Assembly (NCBI RefSeq): GCF_009914755.1
Contig: NC_060932.1
Strand: one strand, 5' to 3'
DNA: 64,000 bases
Origin: the human T2T-CHM13v2.0 reference genome, Homo sapiens
Shown: positions 45,296 through 56,319 of the stretch, one piece after another
Numbering within the stretch: position 1 is the first letter of the stretch
Layout: each line of letters begins with the position of its first letter
The notes under the pieces: generated by a model
The model's input: the letters and a program-made list of their open reading frames with translations, nothing else
Told to the model about the DNA's origin: nothing
Databases searched by the model: none
Position numbers and translations under genes: made by a program

Positions 45296-45479
45296 ATGGG
45301 CTTTCATTTAACCTTTGCAGACAACAATTACACAGCCCTACCAACTGGGGAGGATAGAAGAAATATGACTCTTGGAAAAGTGCCTTATGTTCTTTAGAAC
45401 ATACTTGATCAATACAGATCTCATGGTGGCACCTTGTCTCTGTTTCCAGGATAGGCCAGTGCATTGCCATCCTTTCATT

Positions 45480-45618
45480 ATATGTCTCTCTTTCTTGCTA
45501 GACTGTGGGCTCCTTGCGGGCAGTGACTGTTTCTGACCCAACTTTTAATCCTCAGCACTCAGCACAATGCCCAAAACATACAAGGTGCTCAGCAAGCATT
45601 GAATGGATTAATTAAATT
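45480..45618 (+). mobile_element. L2 3' terminus
   Basis: ctagactgtgggctccttgcgggcag...cagcacaatgcc...ggtgctcagcaagcattgaatgga. Confidence 0.75.
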
Positions 45619-46353
45619 AAGGAGTTAACAGATATGAGCACGCACCCTACTTGTCATGGCCACTTGACTTGTGCAAAAAAGTACTGGAAAACAATTGCAG
45701 TTCATATGGAGAAACTATATCTAGGGAAAATGTGGTGGTGGTGCAAGCAGCAGGAGAACCAGAAAGTCATTCCATGGTGCAGCAGTAACCAATGGTGCAG
45801 GGCTCCTTTCTGATGCCCAGAACTGCTGGACACCCAACCAAGAAGCACACGAGAGCCCAAGTAAATTTCTTGCCAAAGAGTGCATGAAGCACAGCCTATC
45901 ATTCGAGATTGCCTCTCAATGACTTTGAAGCAAAACACTGGGTTTCTAAATTACCATCACAGCTAAGCAAATTGATCATCTGGAATTTGTAGCTGGCTTG
46001 TTAGACTGTATCCAGGGAAGGGGTGGCGGGGGCTGGTAGCAGGTTTGGCTCAGCTGCCTATAATTTTAAGCGCTTAATGGGATGATAATTTGCTGTTCAG
46101 TATGTTCATTTTGAAAAGCTTCCCTAATTCAGAGGGGAAAATGAATAAAACCAAGCTTTTTACTCCAAATCTGTGTGGAAACATCAATATCCTTCCATCA
46201 AGGAAACAGGTGGTTAAGAAGACATGGAAACATGGAAGAGATTGCTAGTGTCCCACAGGAAAAAAAAAAAATGTGCCTGCTGGGTGGTTGGTTGTATTAA
46301 CTTACCATGAGAAGCTTCTTATAACAAGAGCTAAAATTCTAGTTCTTCTACAC

Positions 46354-46889
46354 CAGGGGTCTTCAACCCCCAGGCCACAAACCAGTACCAGTCTGTGGCC
46401 TGTTAGGAACTAGGCAGCACAGCAGGAGGTGAATGGCAGGAAAGGGGGCAAAACTTCATCTGTATTTACAGCTGCTCCCATCACTTGCTTTATCACCTGA
46501 GCTCTACCTCCTGTCAGATCAATGGTTGCATTAAATTCTCATAGGAGCACAAACCCTATTGTGAACTGTGTATATGAGGGATCTAGATTGTGCACTCCTT
46601 ATGAGAATCTAATGCCTGATAATCTATCACTATCTCTCATCACCCTCAGATGGGACCATCTAGTTGCAGGAAAACAAGCTCAGGGCTTCCACTGATTCTA
46701 CATTATGATGAGTTGTATAATTATTTCATCATATATTACAATGCAATAATAGAAATAAAGTGCACAATAAATGTAATGCACTTGAATCATCCCCAATCCA
46801 TCCCCACACCCCCACCCCGTGCCTAGGTCCATGGAAAAATTGTCTTCCATGAAACCAGTCCCTGGTACCAAAATTGTTGGGGACTGCTG
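46354..46889 (+). mobile_element. MER1A hAT-Charlie element, complete
   Basis: caggggtcttcaacc...gttggggactgctg TIRs, 536 bp, 6/8 TSD ttctacac/tttttcac. Confidence 0.9.
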
Positions 46890-46977
46890 TTTTTCACACT
46901 AGCCATCCCAGTTCTTCACAGTCCCCAGGAGATTTCATGGACCTGCACAGTGAAGAAGAGACACAAATGAACAGAGG

Positions 46978-46980
<3 letters not shown>

Positions 46981-47014
<34 letters not shown>
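46981..47014. repeat. (TG)17 microsatellite
   Basis: Perfect dinucleotide run. Confidence 0.98.
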
Positions 47015-47018
<4 letters not shown>

Positions 47019-47884
47019 CTCCATGTGCATCAGGTTATTGGGGCTGGCATTTCCTGACAACAGCTTCTGTGAACTGGTGATCTAGAATATTTTCCACTCA
47101 AATCAAATGTGAAGAGTTTCTAGTGACATTAATTTAGTTGACTTCTTTCTTAATACATCTCATGCAATCACACATCTTTTCTTTCTTGCGTCTGAAATTA
47201 ATTCTACATGCCTTGTAAGTTTCTTAAGGTAGATCATGTTTCTATATTGCATATTTTGCATATGAAGCCTAAAAATTACATTGTACACAAAGTCTAAAGA
47301 TGCCAAAACATGAGTTTTTTTTAAGAGCTAAGGGCAAATTATTCTCAGTAAGAGACCAAAACTTTTTTATTAATTCCCAAACTCATCAAACATTTACAGA
47401 GCCCCTATTAGATATGGCAAAGGATAACAATTTTTATTATTATTATAAAAACAATCCCTTTCATTCATTTATTCTTTAATTGTCTGAATATTTATTTATC
47501 TCTTCTAGGGTCAGGCACTGCTATTAGCTAAAAATTCCAGATGAATAAGATATAGTGCTGCACTCCAAGAACACACACTCCAGAGATTAACATCCTGAAT
47601 TATTATTAGCTTACTTCTGCCCAAAGACAGAGGGAGGAGAATGTGATGGAAAGGCGGGACTTCAGCTGTATTTGTAATGTTTTATTCCTTTATAAATCCT
47701 AATAAAAAGAATATTAACATTTGGAAAATCTAAATGGCAAGTACATTGGTATATGATATATTATTTTTCTGCTTTTCTTGTATATTAGAAATAGTATATA
47801 AACATTGCTCTGAAAACTAGATCATGATGATGATCATGATGATGATAAGAACTGTGTTAAGAATGATGTTAGAAATCTGCAAAG

Positions 47885-48203
47885 GGCTGGGCATAGTGGC
47901 TCACACCTGTAATCCCAGCACTTTGGGAGGCCGAGGCAGGTGGATCATTTGTGCTCAGGAGTTCGAGACCAACCTGGACAACATGGTGAAACCTCATCTC
48001 TACCAAAAATACAAAAACATTAGCCAGGCGTGGTGGCACACATCTGTGGTCCCAGCTACTCAAGAGGTTGAGGTGGGAGGATGGCTTGAGCCTAGGAGGC
48101 AAAGGTTGCAGTGAGCCAAGACTGTGTCCCTGCAGCCCAGCATGAGTGACATAGCAGGACTCTGTCTAAAAACAAAAAAAAAAAGAAAGAAAGAAAGCAA
48201 AAA
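47885..48203 (+). mobile_element. AluJ
   Basis: Dimeric Alu, ggatggcttgagcctagg, A/GAAA tail. Confidence 0.93.
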
Positions 48204-48335
48204 ATATGCAGAATATTGTGTGAGTAATAGAAGGTACATAAAATCCAGTCTAGGAAAAAGAGCAGGTCTTGAAGCCTCCTCTAGGAAGCCCAGAGCTGAA
48301 ATGTTTCCCCAGGAGTGAGTCACAGTCTCTGCTGG

Positions 48336-48365
<30 letters not shown>
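48336..48365. repeat. A30 homopolymer
   Basis: Pure A run not attached to a recognisable Alu or L1 body. Confidence 0.95.
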
Positions 48366-48368
<3 letters not shown>

Positions 48369-48461
48369 CTACTGAGCAGATGAGCAAGACAGACTCCATG
48401 GCAGAGAAGCAGGGCAAGACCCCATCTCATTCTGTTCCTGCTACTATAAAACAAATACTGT

Positions 48462-49551
48462 AGGGGGCGAGACCAAGATGGCCAACAAGAAGCAGCAGTG
48501 ATTGGAGGTTCCCATCAAAAAAACCACAATAAGTGTGTAAATCATTCACCAGCAACCAAGTTATCCAGGTTCTGTCATCAAAATTGACTAGAAGGCTGGC
48601 ATGACCCAGAAGGAAGAACAGTGTGGTGTGGTGGCCCACCTGAGAGCCACGCAGGGAAGGGGAAGCCCCTCCCCACAGCCAAGGGAGGTGACTCCTTAAA
48701 TGACATCTCAAGGCATGAGAGCAAAACAAATGAATAGGGCCTGAAGTAAAGCCCCAGCAAACTGCAGCATCCCTACAGAAGAGGGACCTGACTATTGAAA
48801 GAAAAACAATCAGAAAGTGACAACAACAGCATCAACAACAACAACAAAGCCCCCACAAAAACCCCATCCAAAGGTCAGCAGCCTCAAAGACCGAAACTAG
48901 ACCAACTCACGAAGATGAGAAAGAATCAATGAAAAAATGCTGAAAACCCAAAAGGCTAGAGTGCCTCTTCTCCTCCAAATGATCACAACGTCTCTCCATC
49001 AAGGGTGCAGGACTGGACAGAGGATCAGATGGATGAACTGACAGAGGTAGGCTTCAGAAGATGGGTAATAAAAAAACTACGATGAGCTAAAGGAGCATGT
49101 TCTAACCCAATGCAAAGAAGCTACGAACCTTGATAAAAGATCAGAGGAATTGCTAACTACAATAGCCAGTTTAGAGAGGAACATAAATGACCTGATGGAG
49201 CTGAAAAACACAGCACAAGAACTTGCATACACAAGTATCAACAGCCAAATCGACCAAGCAGAAGGATATCAGAGTCTGAAGACCACCTTACTGAAATAAG
49301 ACATGCAGACAAGAATAGAGAAAAAAGAATGAAAAGGAATAAACAAAGCCTCCAAGAAATACAGGACTTCATAAAAAGACCGAACCTACGATTGATTGGA
49401 GTAGAAGGCGATGGGAAAAGTGGAAATAAGATGGAAAACACACTTCAGGATATTATCCAGGAGAACTTCCCCAACCTAGCAAGACAGGCCAACATGGAAA
49501 TTCAGGAAATACAGAGAACACCATTAAGATACTCCACGAGAAAATCAACCC
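48462..49551 (+). mobile_element. L1PA (PA10-13-type) 5' portion only: internally deleted 5' UTR plus disrupted ORF1
   Basis: gggggcgagaccaagatggcc start; ORF1 remnant KRPNLRLIGV...LQDIIQENFPNLARQAN; ends abruptly at aaatcaaccc. Confidence 0.88.
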
Positions 49552-49850
49552 TGTCAGACGATTACAGTACCTTGAATCATCCTTCATCTAGATGTTCTTT
49601 GTCCTCATTTCCCAGAGCCAAGAACCATAAGTCAGTAACTTGTCTGTCAAAGATGTAATTTTACACCAAAGAACCCAGAGACTTTGTCTTCACCCACCAG
49701 GTGTTGGGTACAACCTCCAGCCTGGGCTGGGCCCTTGCTGGCTACAGTCTCTGGACACTTTAACCTGACCTGCTGAACTATCTGGGGAACCTGTTCTCAG
49801 TCTGAGCTACAGCTCCTTCTGCCTTGCTCTATCCTTGTACTGTTGGGTTC

Positions 49851-50383
49851 TGTTACGATAAGAGGTCTGTTGCCCAATGTCTGCAGCAAGTCAATATGTT
49901 GAGACACTGGGACAGCAGAGGAAAAGGTTTACTCACAGGACCACCAAATGAGGATATGGCAGGGAACCTCAAATTCATCTCCCTGAGGAGTTTTGGGCTA
50001 GGGTTTGTGAGGGGTCTGGAATGGGCTGAAGCTTGGAGATCATTGATTGGTCAAAGAGTGCATGGTGAAGTCAAGAGAGAGAAAAGAAGAAACTGTATTC
50101 TCATGCTGATTCCATTCGTTCCCCTGTGGGGGTCTTCAAATTGATTGACATCAGTTGTCTCCCTGGAATTCAAGAACTGAAAAACATCTTAATCAATTCT
50201 TAAACCAAAGTCTTATGATGCTAACATCAGTGATCCTATCTATAGGAACAATGGGGATGCAAACAGTCAGTATCTAGTGACTTTTGGTTACAAGGAAGTG
50301 GGTCAAAGTGCAGACTAATTAATGCTTAATGATAATTCTGTGTCTGTCCAGAATTCCTGTTAACCCCATGAGGATGGCTTCCA
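49851..50383 (-). mobile_element. ERV1 solo LTR (LTR35/LTR45/MER72-group)
   Basis: Reverse complement has gggttaacaggaattctggacag...ttaagcattaat...tgcactttgacccacttccttg...catccccattgttcctatagatagg; ends in aca. Confidence 0.7.
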
Positions 50384-51329
50384 TTCTCAGGCAGCCTCCA
50401 GGCTAAGCCATAAAAGAATCTCCAGATTGTCAATAAATGATCAAACACCACTTATTAAAGAGCTATGGTGAGCCAGTTCACCATAGGACAGTTTCTCAGC
50501 CTCCCGTTCTGGATCCCACTTGCAAATTAACCACAGCCTCTCCTATGAATGGCAGGGTCTTGGCCTTAACCCAGAAGAGAGAGCAGAGGAGAGCCATATG
50601 CAAGCCCACCAAATGACGACAGAGTTCCTGTCCAACCTCACAGCTGCTATGTGGGAGGGAGGCAGGCAAGCCACAAACCAACTGGTCAGAATATAAGCCT
50701 TACACCAATGGTTGCTCATGACAGGCCTTGATCCAGATGGTAACCAGGGTAAAGGGCATCCCAGGCAACACAGCCAGGAAGACATACAAGCTAAAAATTA
50801 CTCCGACTGAGGAGAGGGCATCATACCAAGTAAATTGAGTACATAAACCCTGCCTTCAAAGGCTTTTTCCCCCAGTAGAGAATACATATGGAGCACATAT
50901 GAAAGATACTAAAGCTATTCAAGGACTTTAACAAAAAAATAGGAATGAACCATACTTCCATGCAGAAATGGAACTATTAATTGCATATTCTGAATAATAA
51001 AATGAGCCAAAGCTTATTTTTGAATTTTTTGTTGTTGGTTGACTGTGTTTGGAGGAACCAGAACCATTTTGAACCAGAACTAAACTTGAATATCAAAATG
51101 TTCTCAGAAATTAGGCAATATTCTACCAAGTTCAAGTCACAGATGAAAACAAAAAACAAGATAACACAGGGTTGATTAAAGGGTTTTTCTTAGTAAGACA
51201 ATGAAAACAATTGGAAAGCCCATTAAGATAAAAAATTCACCCTTTACACAAAAAGAAATAATAAAACTAAAAATTAAAATAATAGATTTGAAAAATATTT
51301 CTATTGATTCTAACATGGGAAAAGCTCAT

Positions 51330-52010
51330 TCAAATTAATTTGTAAAAATCAGTACCCCAATAGACCATAGCAGGCACAAACAATACACACAAGAAGAAAT
51401 GTAATTGGGAAATAATACACAAAAAAAGATTACCTTTGTTAATTTTTTAAAAAATGAAAATAAAACTACACTATCATATCATTTTATATTCACTATAATT
51501 AATACCCAATCTGGGAACATTCTGGCAGAGTGACTTATTTGCACCTTGTTTTTGGTAATTTATACCAATACAAACCCTTTTGGGAAACAATACAGTGATC
51601 TATATCAAGACATAAAAATACTCACATCCCTTGACTCATTCTCTGGAAATGCTGAAGGAAGTTATTCAAAAGAGGAAAGAAGCTATACCCAAAAAGTTAT
51701 TCATTGTTGGGTTTTTTATAACAAGTATTGGAAATGTTTAACAATGAGGGAGGGTGAACTTAACCACGGTACATCCGCTCTGAAATAATACCACAACTAT
51801 AAAATAGTGCTGATGAAGAGAAACAATGTAAGAACATGTTTATCATAAAATTTTAAGTGAAAACAATATATATTATACAAAAATTCTATTCACACACTGA
51901 TTATAATTACGCTGAAGGATGTTGGCAGGTGGGTGAAAACTGAAAAAAAAAAAACTAAAAACAGTTATGCTTGGGTGGTGGGCCCGTAAGATGTTTATTT
52001 CCATTCTGTT
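51330..52010 (+). mobile_element. Ancient L1ME-type 3' fragment
   Basis: cacacaagaagaaat..., tacaaacccttttgggaaacaat..., catcccttgactca; highly diverged. Confidence 0.55.
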
Positions 52011-52848
52011 TCTGTAAGATTCTCAGAGTGTTGGTACCGCAGATTCAACTGGGGCCAGAGAAGCCCATCACGGGAGCCCGAGGAAAAGCAGCCACAGCTC
52101 TCCTTCCTAGTACAAGCATTCAACAGTAAGCTCCCACGCAAAGAATCAGACTGCAGCAAATTTCAGCGCTGCCTCAGGAACACTGTCCTTGGCTCCCACA
52201 TTGCAAAGATTTTCCATTCCCTCCACAGTCACCTCATTCATGGTTAAGGAAGAAAGCGCAGCTAACAGACAGGGTGACGACAGATGTCCAGGCACTGAGC
52301 CATCCATAGCTGTTATTTTTCATTCACATAGGCATGTGCCGGATCCAGCAGATGAAAACCAGACCTACCCCCTTCCCCATGTGTGTGTGTTTTTTCCCCT
52401 TACTGCTGCTGCTGTAACAGCTAAGTGCCAATTATCTCCCAAGCGTGAAAGCAAATATTGTGATAGCCCAACAAACTCTACAAATGTTAGAGGACACAGG
52501 TGGGGATGACTGTTTTTCTGTCCTGGCCTTGGCATGTCTTTATTCATTGTAACAGCTCTCATTAAAGGAGGATCTGGTAGGTGCAAAGCTTTCTGCTAAC
52601 ACCTTCAGCACTTTGCATTCTTTATTTTCTCATTTATCTCTTGGCATTTTGTTGTTGCCCGTATCCCCACGACCCACGAATCCAGAGGTAAGTTTTGCTT
52701 TTCTTTGCCTAGAAAAAGCTCCATTAAACCACCTATTCTCAGGACCCAACTTCACATGGGCTGATATGAATACTTTCTTCAAATATTTGAAGGCCTGATG
52801 TATCGTAGTATTGTATTGCAGTAGGTAGTATTGTAGTATTGTAGTAGG

Positions 52849-53289
52849 TGCTTTAATCAGGGTTTTCCAGAGAAACACAGCCAATAGGAGATGATAGTCA
52901 TAGAGAGATAGATACATACATACATACATACAGATTTATTTTTCAGGAATTGAATCACACAATTATAGAGGCCAAAAGTCTAAAGTTTTCAGGGTAGGCC
53001 AGTGAGCCGGAGACCCAGGGAAGAGTTAACTTTACAGCTAGAGTCTGAGGACTGTCTTAAGGCAGAGTTCCCTGTTCCTTGAGGGATCTGTCTGTATTTT
53101 CCTAAGGCCTTCAACTGTTTGGATGAGGCCCACCCACATTATGAGGGGGTAACCTGCATTACTCAAAATCTACTGATGTAAGTGTTGATCTCTTCTAAAA
53201 ATACCTTCACAGCAACATCTAGAGTGGTGTTTGACCAAATATCTGGGTACCTGGCCTAGTCAAGTTCATATATAAAATTAACCATCACA
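52849..53289 (-). mobile_element. MLT2 (MLT2B-like) ERVL solo LTR
   Basis: cagggttttccagagaaaca...ggatgaggcccacccacattatg...aaaattaaccatcaca; internal (TACA)n. Confidence 0.88.
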
Positions 53290-53379
53290 AACAGGGCCCC
53301 TAGAACAGCAAGAATTAGACCAATGACTAAATATGACAAGGATGCATATTTTGCCATATAATTGGGTTGTTTAAAAAAT

Positions 53380-53535
53380 TGAAATGGCTCACTTCTGAGG
53401 CAATGTGCTCTTTGTACCAGGAATATTCAAATTAATGTTGGATGATCACCTATTAGGGATATTGCAAAGAAAATAACTTTATTGCACAGGACATTAGGAT
53501 CTCTAGTCACCTCTACATGTTATTCTGATTCTAAT
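53380..53535 (+). mobile_element. L3/CR1 3' relic
   Basis: gaaatggct...gaggcaatgtgctc...ggaatattcaa...ttggatgatcacct. Confidence 0.45.
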
Positions 53536-53614
53536 ATCCTATTATTATATAATTGACACAGGTAATTCATGCAAACTACTTTTAATTGCAAGAAATTTAA
53601 AATATTAAAAAATT

Positions 53615-53725
53615 TAATCCTCCCCCCTCTCATTTCATGGATGAAGAAATTGAGATTCGAGGGGGTTTAATGGCTTGTCCTAGGACTAAAATCCAGGTCT
53701 CTCAGTCCAGGCTCTTTCCATGACA
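53615..53725 (-). mobile_element. MIR fragment
   Basis: ctcatttcatggatgaagaaattgagattc...ggcttgtcctagg. Confidence 0.55.
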
Positions 53726-55329
53726 TTGTGATCTGAGATGCTAACAAGATGTTTCAAGACAATCACTAGCCACACACTCTCACTTCTTGATACCATTCCA
53801 AGCTTATTTTCACCTGTTCATCAGCCCACCTTCAAAGAGGAGCAGCTCATTACAAGTAAAGCATAAAACGAACTCCAAGAACAAAATGGAGCTGCTATAT
53901 AAAAGGGTGATGTGTATATTGGGTCAGCACAAAAGCTGTTCTTGATCACCTCTCCTTTACTTAGCATGGAGTCAGCCCCAACCTGAAAGCACTCAGTGGG
54001 ATTCTAGAGGAAGAAGACTTGAAGAGAAGCCCAGGTCACCAGAGAGGAAATTACAGCAGAATTTGGAGATGAATCCCCAGCCATTTATAGTGTGTGGCGT
54101 TGGCCTAAAATAACCTGTGGATTCTATAGGCCTCTCCACACTACAGAATAAACTTCCATAAGACAGACAAACCATGTTCTTCTAATATTGGCCCGCTTTC
54201 ACTGAGCGACTTTGATGGCTAATTATCCTAACAGTCTCTCTCTTTATTCTGTCTGGGGGGAAGAAAAAGGGAGAGCAAAGAAGGCAGCAAAGGGAGAAGA
54301 GAATCCCTCCTACCAGGTATTTGTCACTGTCCCTTGAGTGCTCAGTGTAGGAATTAAGCTGGTAGTCAAGGGGCACTGGGAACATGGACCTTGCCACTTT
54401 CCAAGCAATGACACCAGGGATCCACATCAAGTCTCAGTCTATGAGGAACTTAATCTCCTCCAATAAAGAAAATGTGAGGACTATTTTTACCATTAAAAGG
54501 CACAAATAGCATTATACCACCCACAGCCCCACTGCCCTCTTCCACATTCCCTGCTTCCTGTTTTGCTTTTCCTGCCACAATCAAATCTCAAAGATCACCC
54601 CATGGGTGATATGCAAGTGGCACCTCAGAAGAGTTCCCAAAAACATTTCTTTAATGACTAATTTATTCGCTGCTTTTTTGTTCTTGGGGAGAATTTTTTT
54701 TTCATTGTGCTTCATGGTGTCTTTAGCCCATTGAAAGCATTTGTGACACATTTCCCTTTGTAGTTTTTAAAAAGAAGTAATTATATAATGGCTGACTTCT
54801 TTTGGTTATGTAGGAAATCAACATCTCAGTAGCTTTTTCAGACATGCTTAATAAGAAAGCCATTAGAAAGGCAAAAGAGAACCCTATCATTATTTTCTGG
54901 TTTCCTCCTTAATTATAGACAATCATCCTGAAGGAGGTGGGGGCAGCTTCTGTGACAAAAGTTGTCTAGCATTTAACAGAACAATTTAGAACCAGATTGA
55001 ACGGATCAACCTTATGTCAACTTGCAGATGCTTGACAAAAACTGCTTAAGGGGTACTTGGATGCAATGAGAAGCTAATTCAGCCTTTTCTCTTTTCCTTT
55101 CACTCAGAAAATAGGGATGTTTGTTTTATTTTATTGTAATTCTTTGCTCAGAAAGATTCACGTAGGTCTGTCTCAAAGACTCTTATTAAAGCATGGTACA
55201 TCCCAAAATTCTTACTTTTTTTGCCTAAGTAATACAATTATTATCACCATCATAAAAGCCATTAAGATTTTTACCACTTACATATGCCCTCTTTCTACTA
55301 CAATCCTGTCTCTGGAAAGTTAATTCTGA

Positions 55330-55451
55330 ATTTTTTTTTTTTTTTTTTTTTTTGAGACAGAGTCTCGCTCTGTTGCCAGGCTGGAGTACAGTGACGCAAC
55401 CTCAGCTCACTGCAACCTCTGCCTCCTGGGTTCAAGCAATTCTCCTGCTTC
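55330..55451 (-). mobile_element. Truncated AluS (tail plus part of right arm)
   Basis: Poly-T, gagacagagtctcgctc...ttctcctgcttc, then abrupt junction to (GGAA)n. Confidence 0.92.
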
Positions 55452-55509
55452 GGGAAGGAAGGAAGGAAGGAAGGAAGGAAGGAAGGAAGGAGGGAAGGAA
55501 AAGAAAGAA

Positions 55510-55565
<56 letters not shown>

Positions 55566-55682
55566 AAAAGAAAAGAGAGAAAGAGAGAGAGGGAAGGAAG
55601 AGAGAGAAGGAAGGAAGGGAGGGAGAGAGAGAGACAGGAAGGAAGGAAGGAAGGAAAAGAAAAGAGAAAGAGAAAGAAAGAA

Positions 55683-55730
<48 letters not shown>
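55452..55730. repeat. Compound (GGAA)n/(GAAA)n/(GA)n polypurine tract
   Basis: 279 bp with a single pyrimidine (C at 55635); (GGAA)9 at 55453-55488. Confidence 0.97.
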
Positions 55731-55731
<1 letters not shown>

Positions 55732-55840
55732 TGATTGATTTTAAGGAATTGGATCACACAGTTGTGGAGGCCAGCAGATCCAAAGTCTGCAGAGTCCAGA
55801 GTCCAGTTTAGATGCTGGTTCTGGGGACTCAGAATCTGTC
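55731..55840 (-). mobile_element. MLT2 fragment
   Basis: gattttaaggaattggatcacacagttgtggaggccagcagatccaaagtctgcag parallels ~52933-52995 of the other MLT2. Confidence 0.7.
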
Positions 55841-56319
55841 ATGAAACACAGACACAGTGAAATCAAACACCCACCCCTGAATCCAGAAGGGAACAAACAA
55901 TTCTGTCCAGGAACATTGTTGAATGGCAAATTAAAACAATATGCAAGATGCCTGCCTGCTTTCTATTCAAGGTGTTCATTTACCTGGCTTCTCACAGTTC
56001 TTAAAGCTGAGGGAAAGCTGCCAGTGGCCTCCATAGGAGACCATCCCACCAGCACTCTAGGAAGGGCACACTGGTTTCTTACTAAATGAAATTTCTCATT
56101 CTGTTTTTTCAGTGCTGCCCAATAATGCCTACAGGCTTTGAGATGTAGTGGAGAGAGTCTGAAATATTTTCCCAGTTTTCCATGACATTAACCCAGAGAG
56201 GATTTACTTTGCTATTTGTTTTACATGTTTTGTTCAGGTAGCCCTTATTATTTTTCTCCCTGTTACAAGTCTCAGCAAGGTGAAGTAGAGAGAGATATCC
56301 AAATGGCTCACTATTAACA

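Noticed and set aside
55352-55757. 128-aa K/E/R-rich and 116-aa F/L/S-rich ORFs
   Set aside because: Stop-free only because they read through the purine microsatellite.
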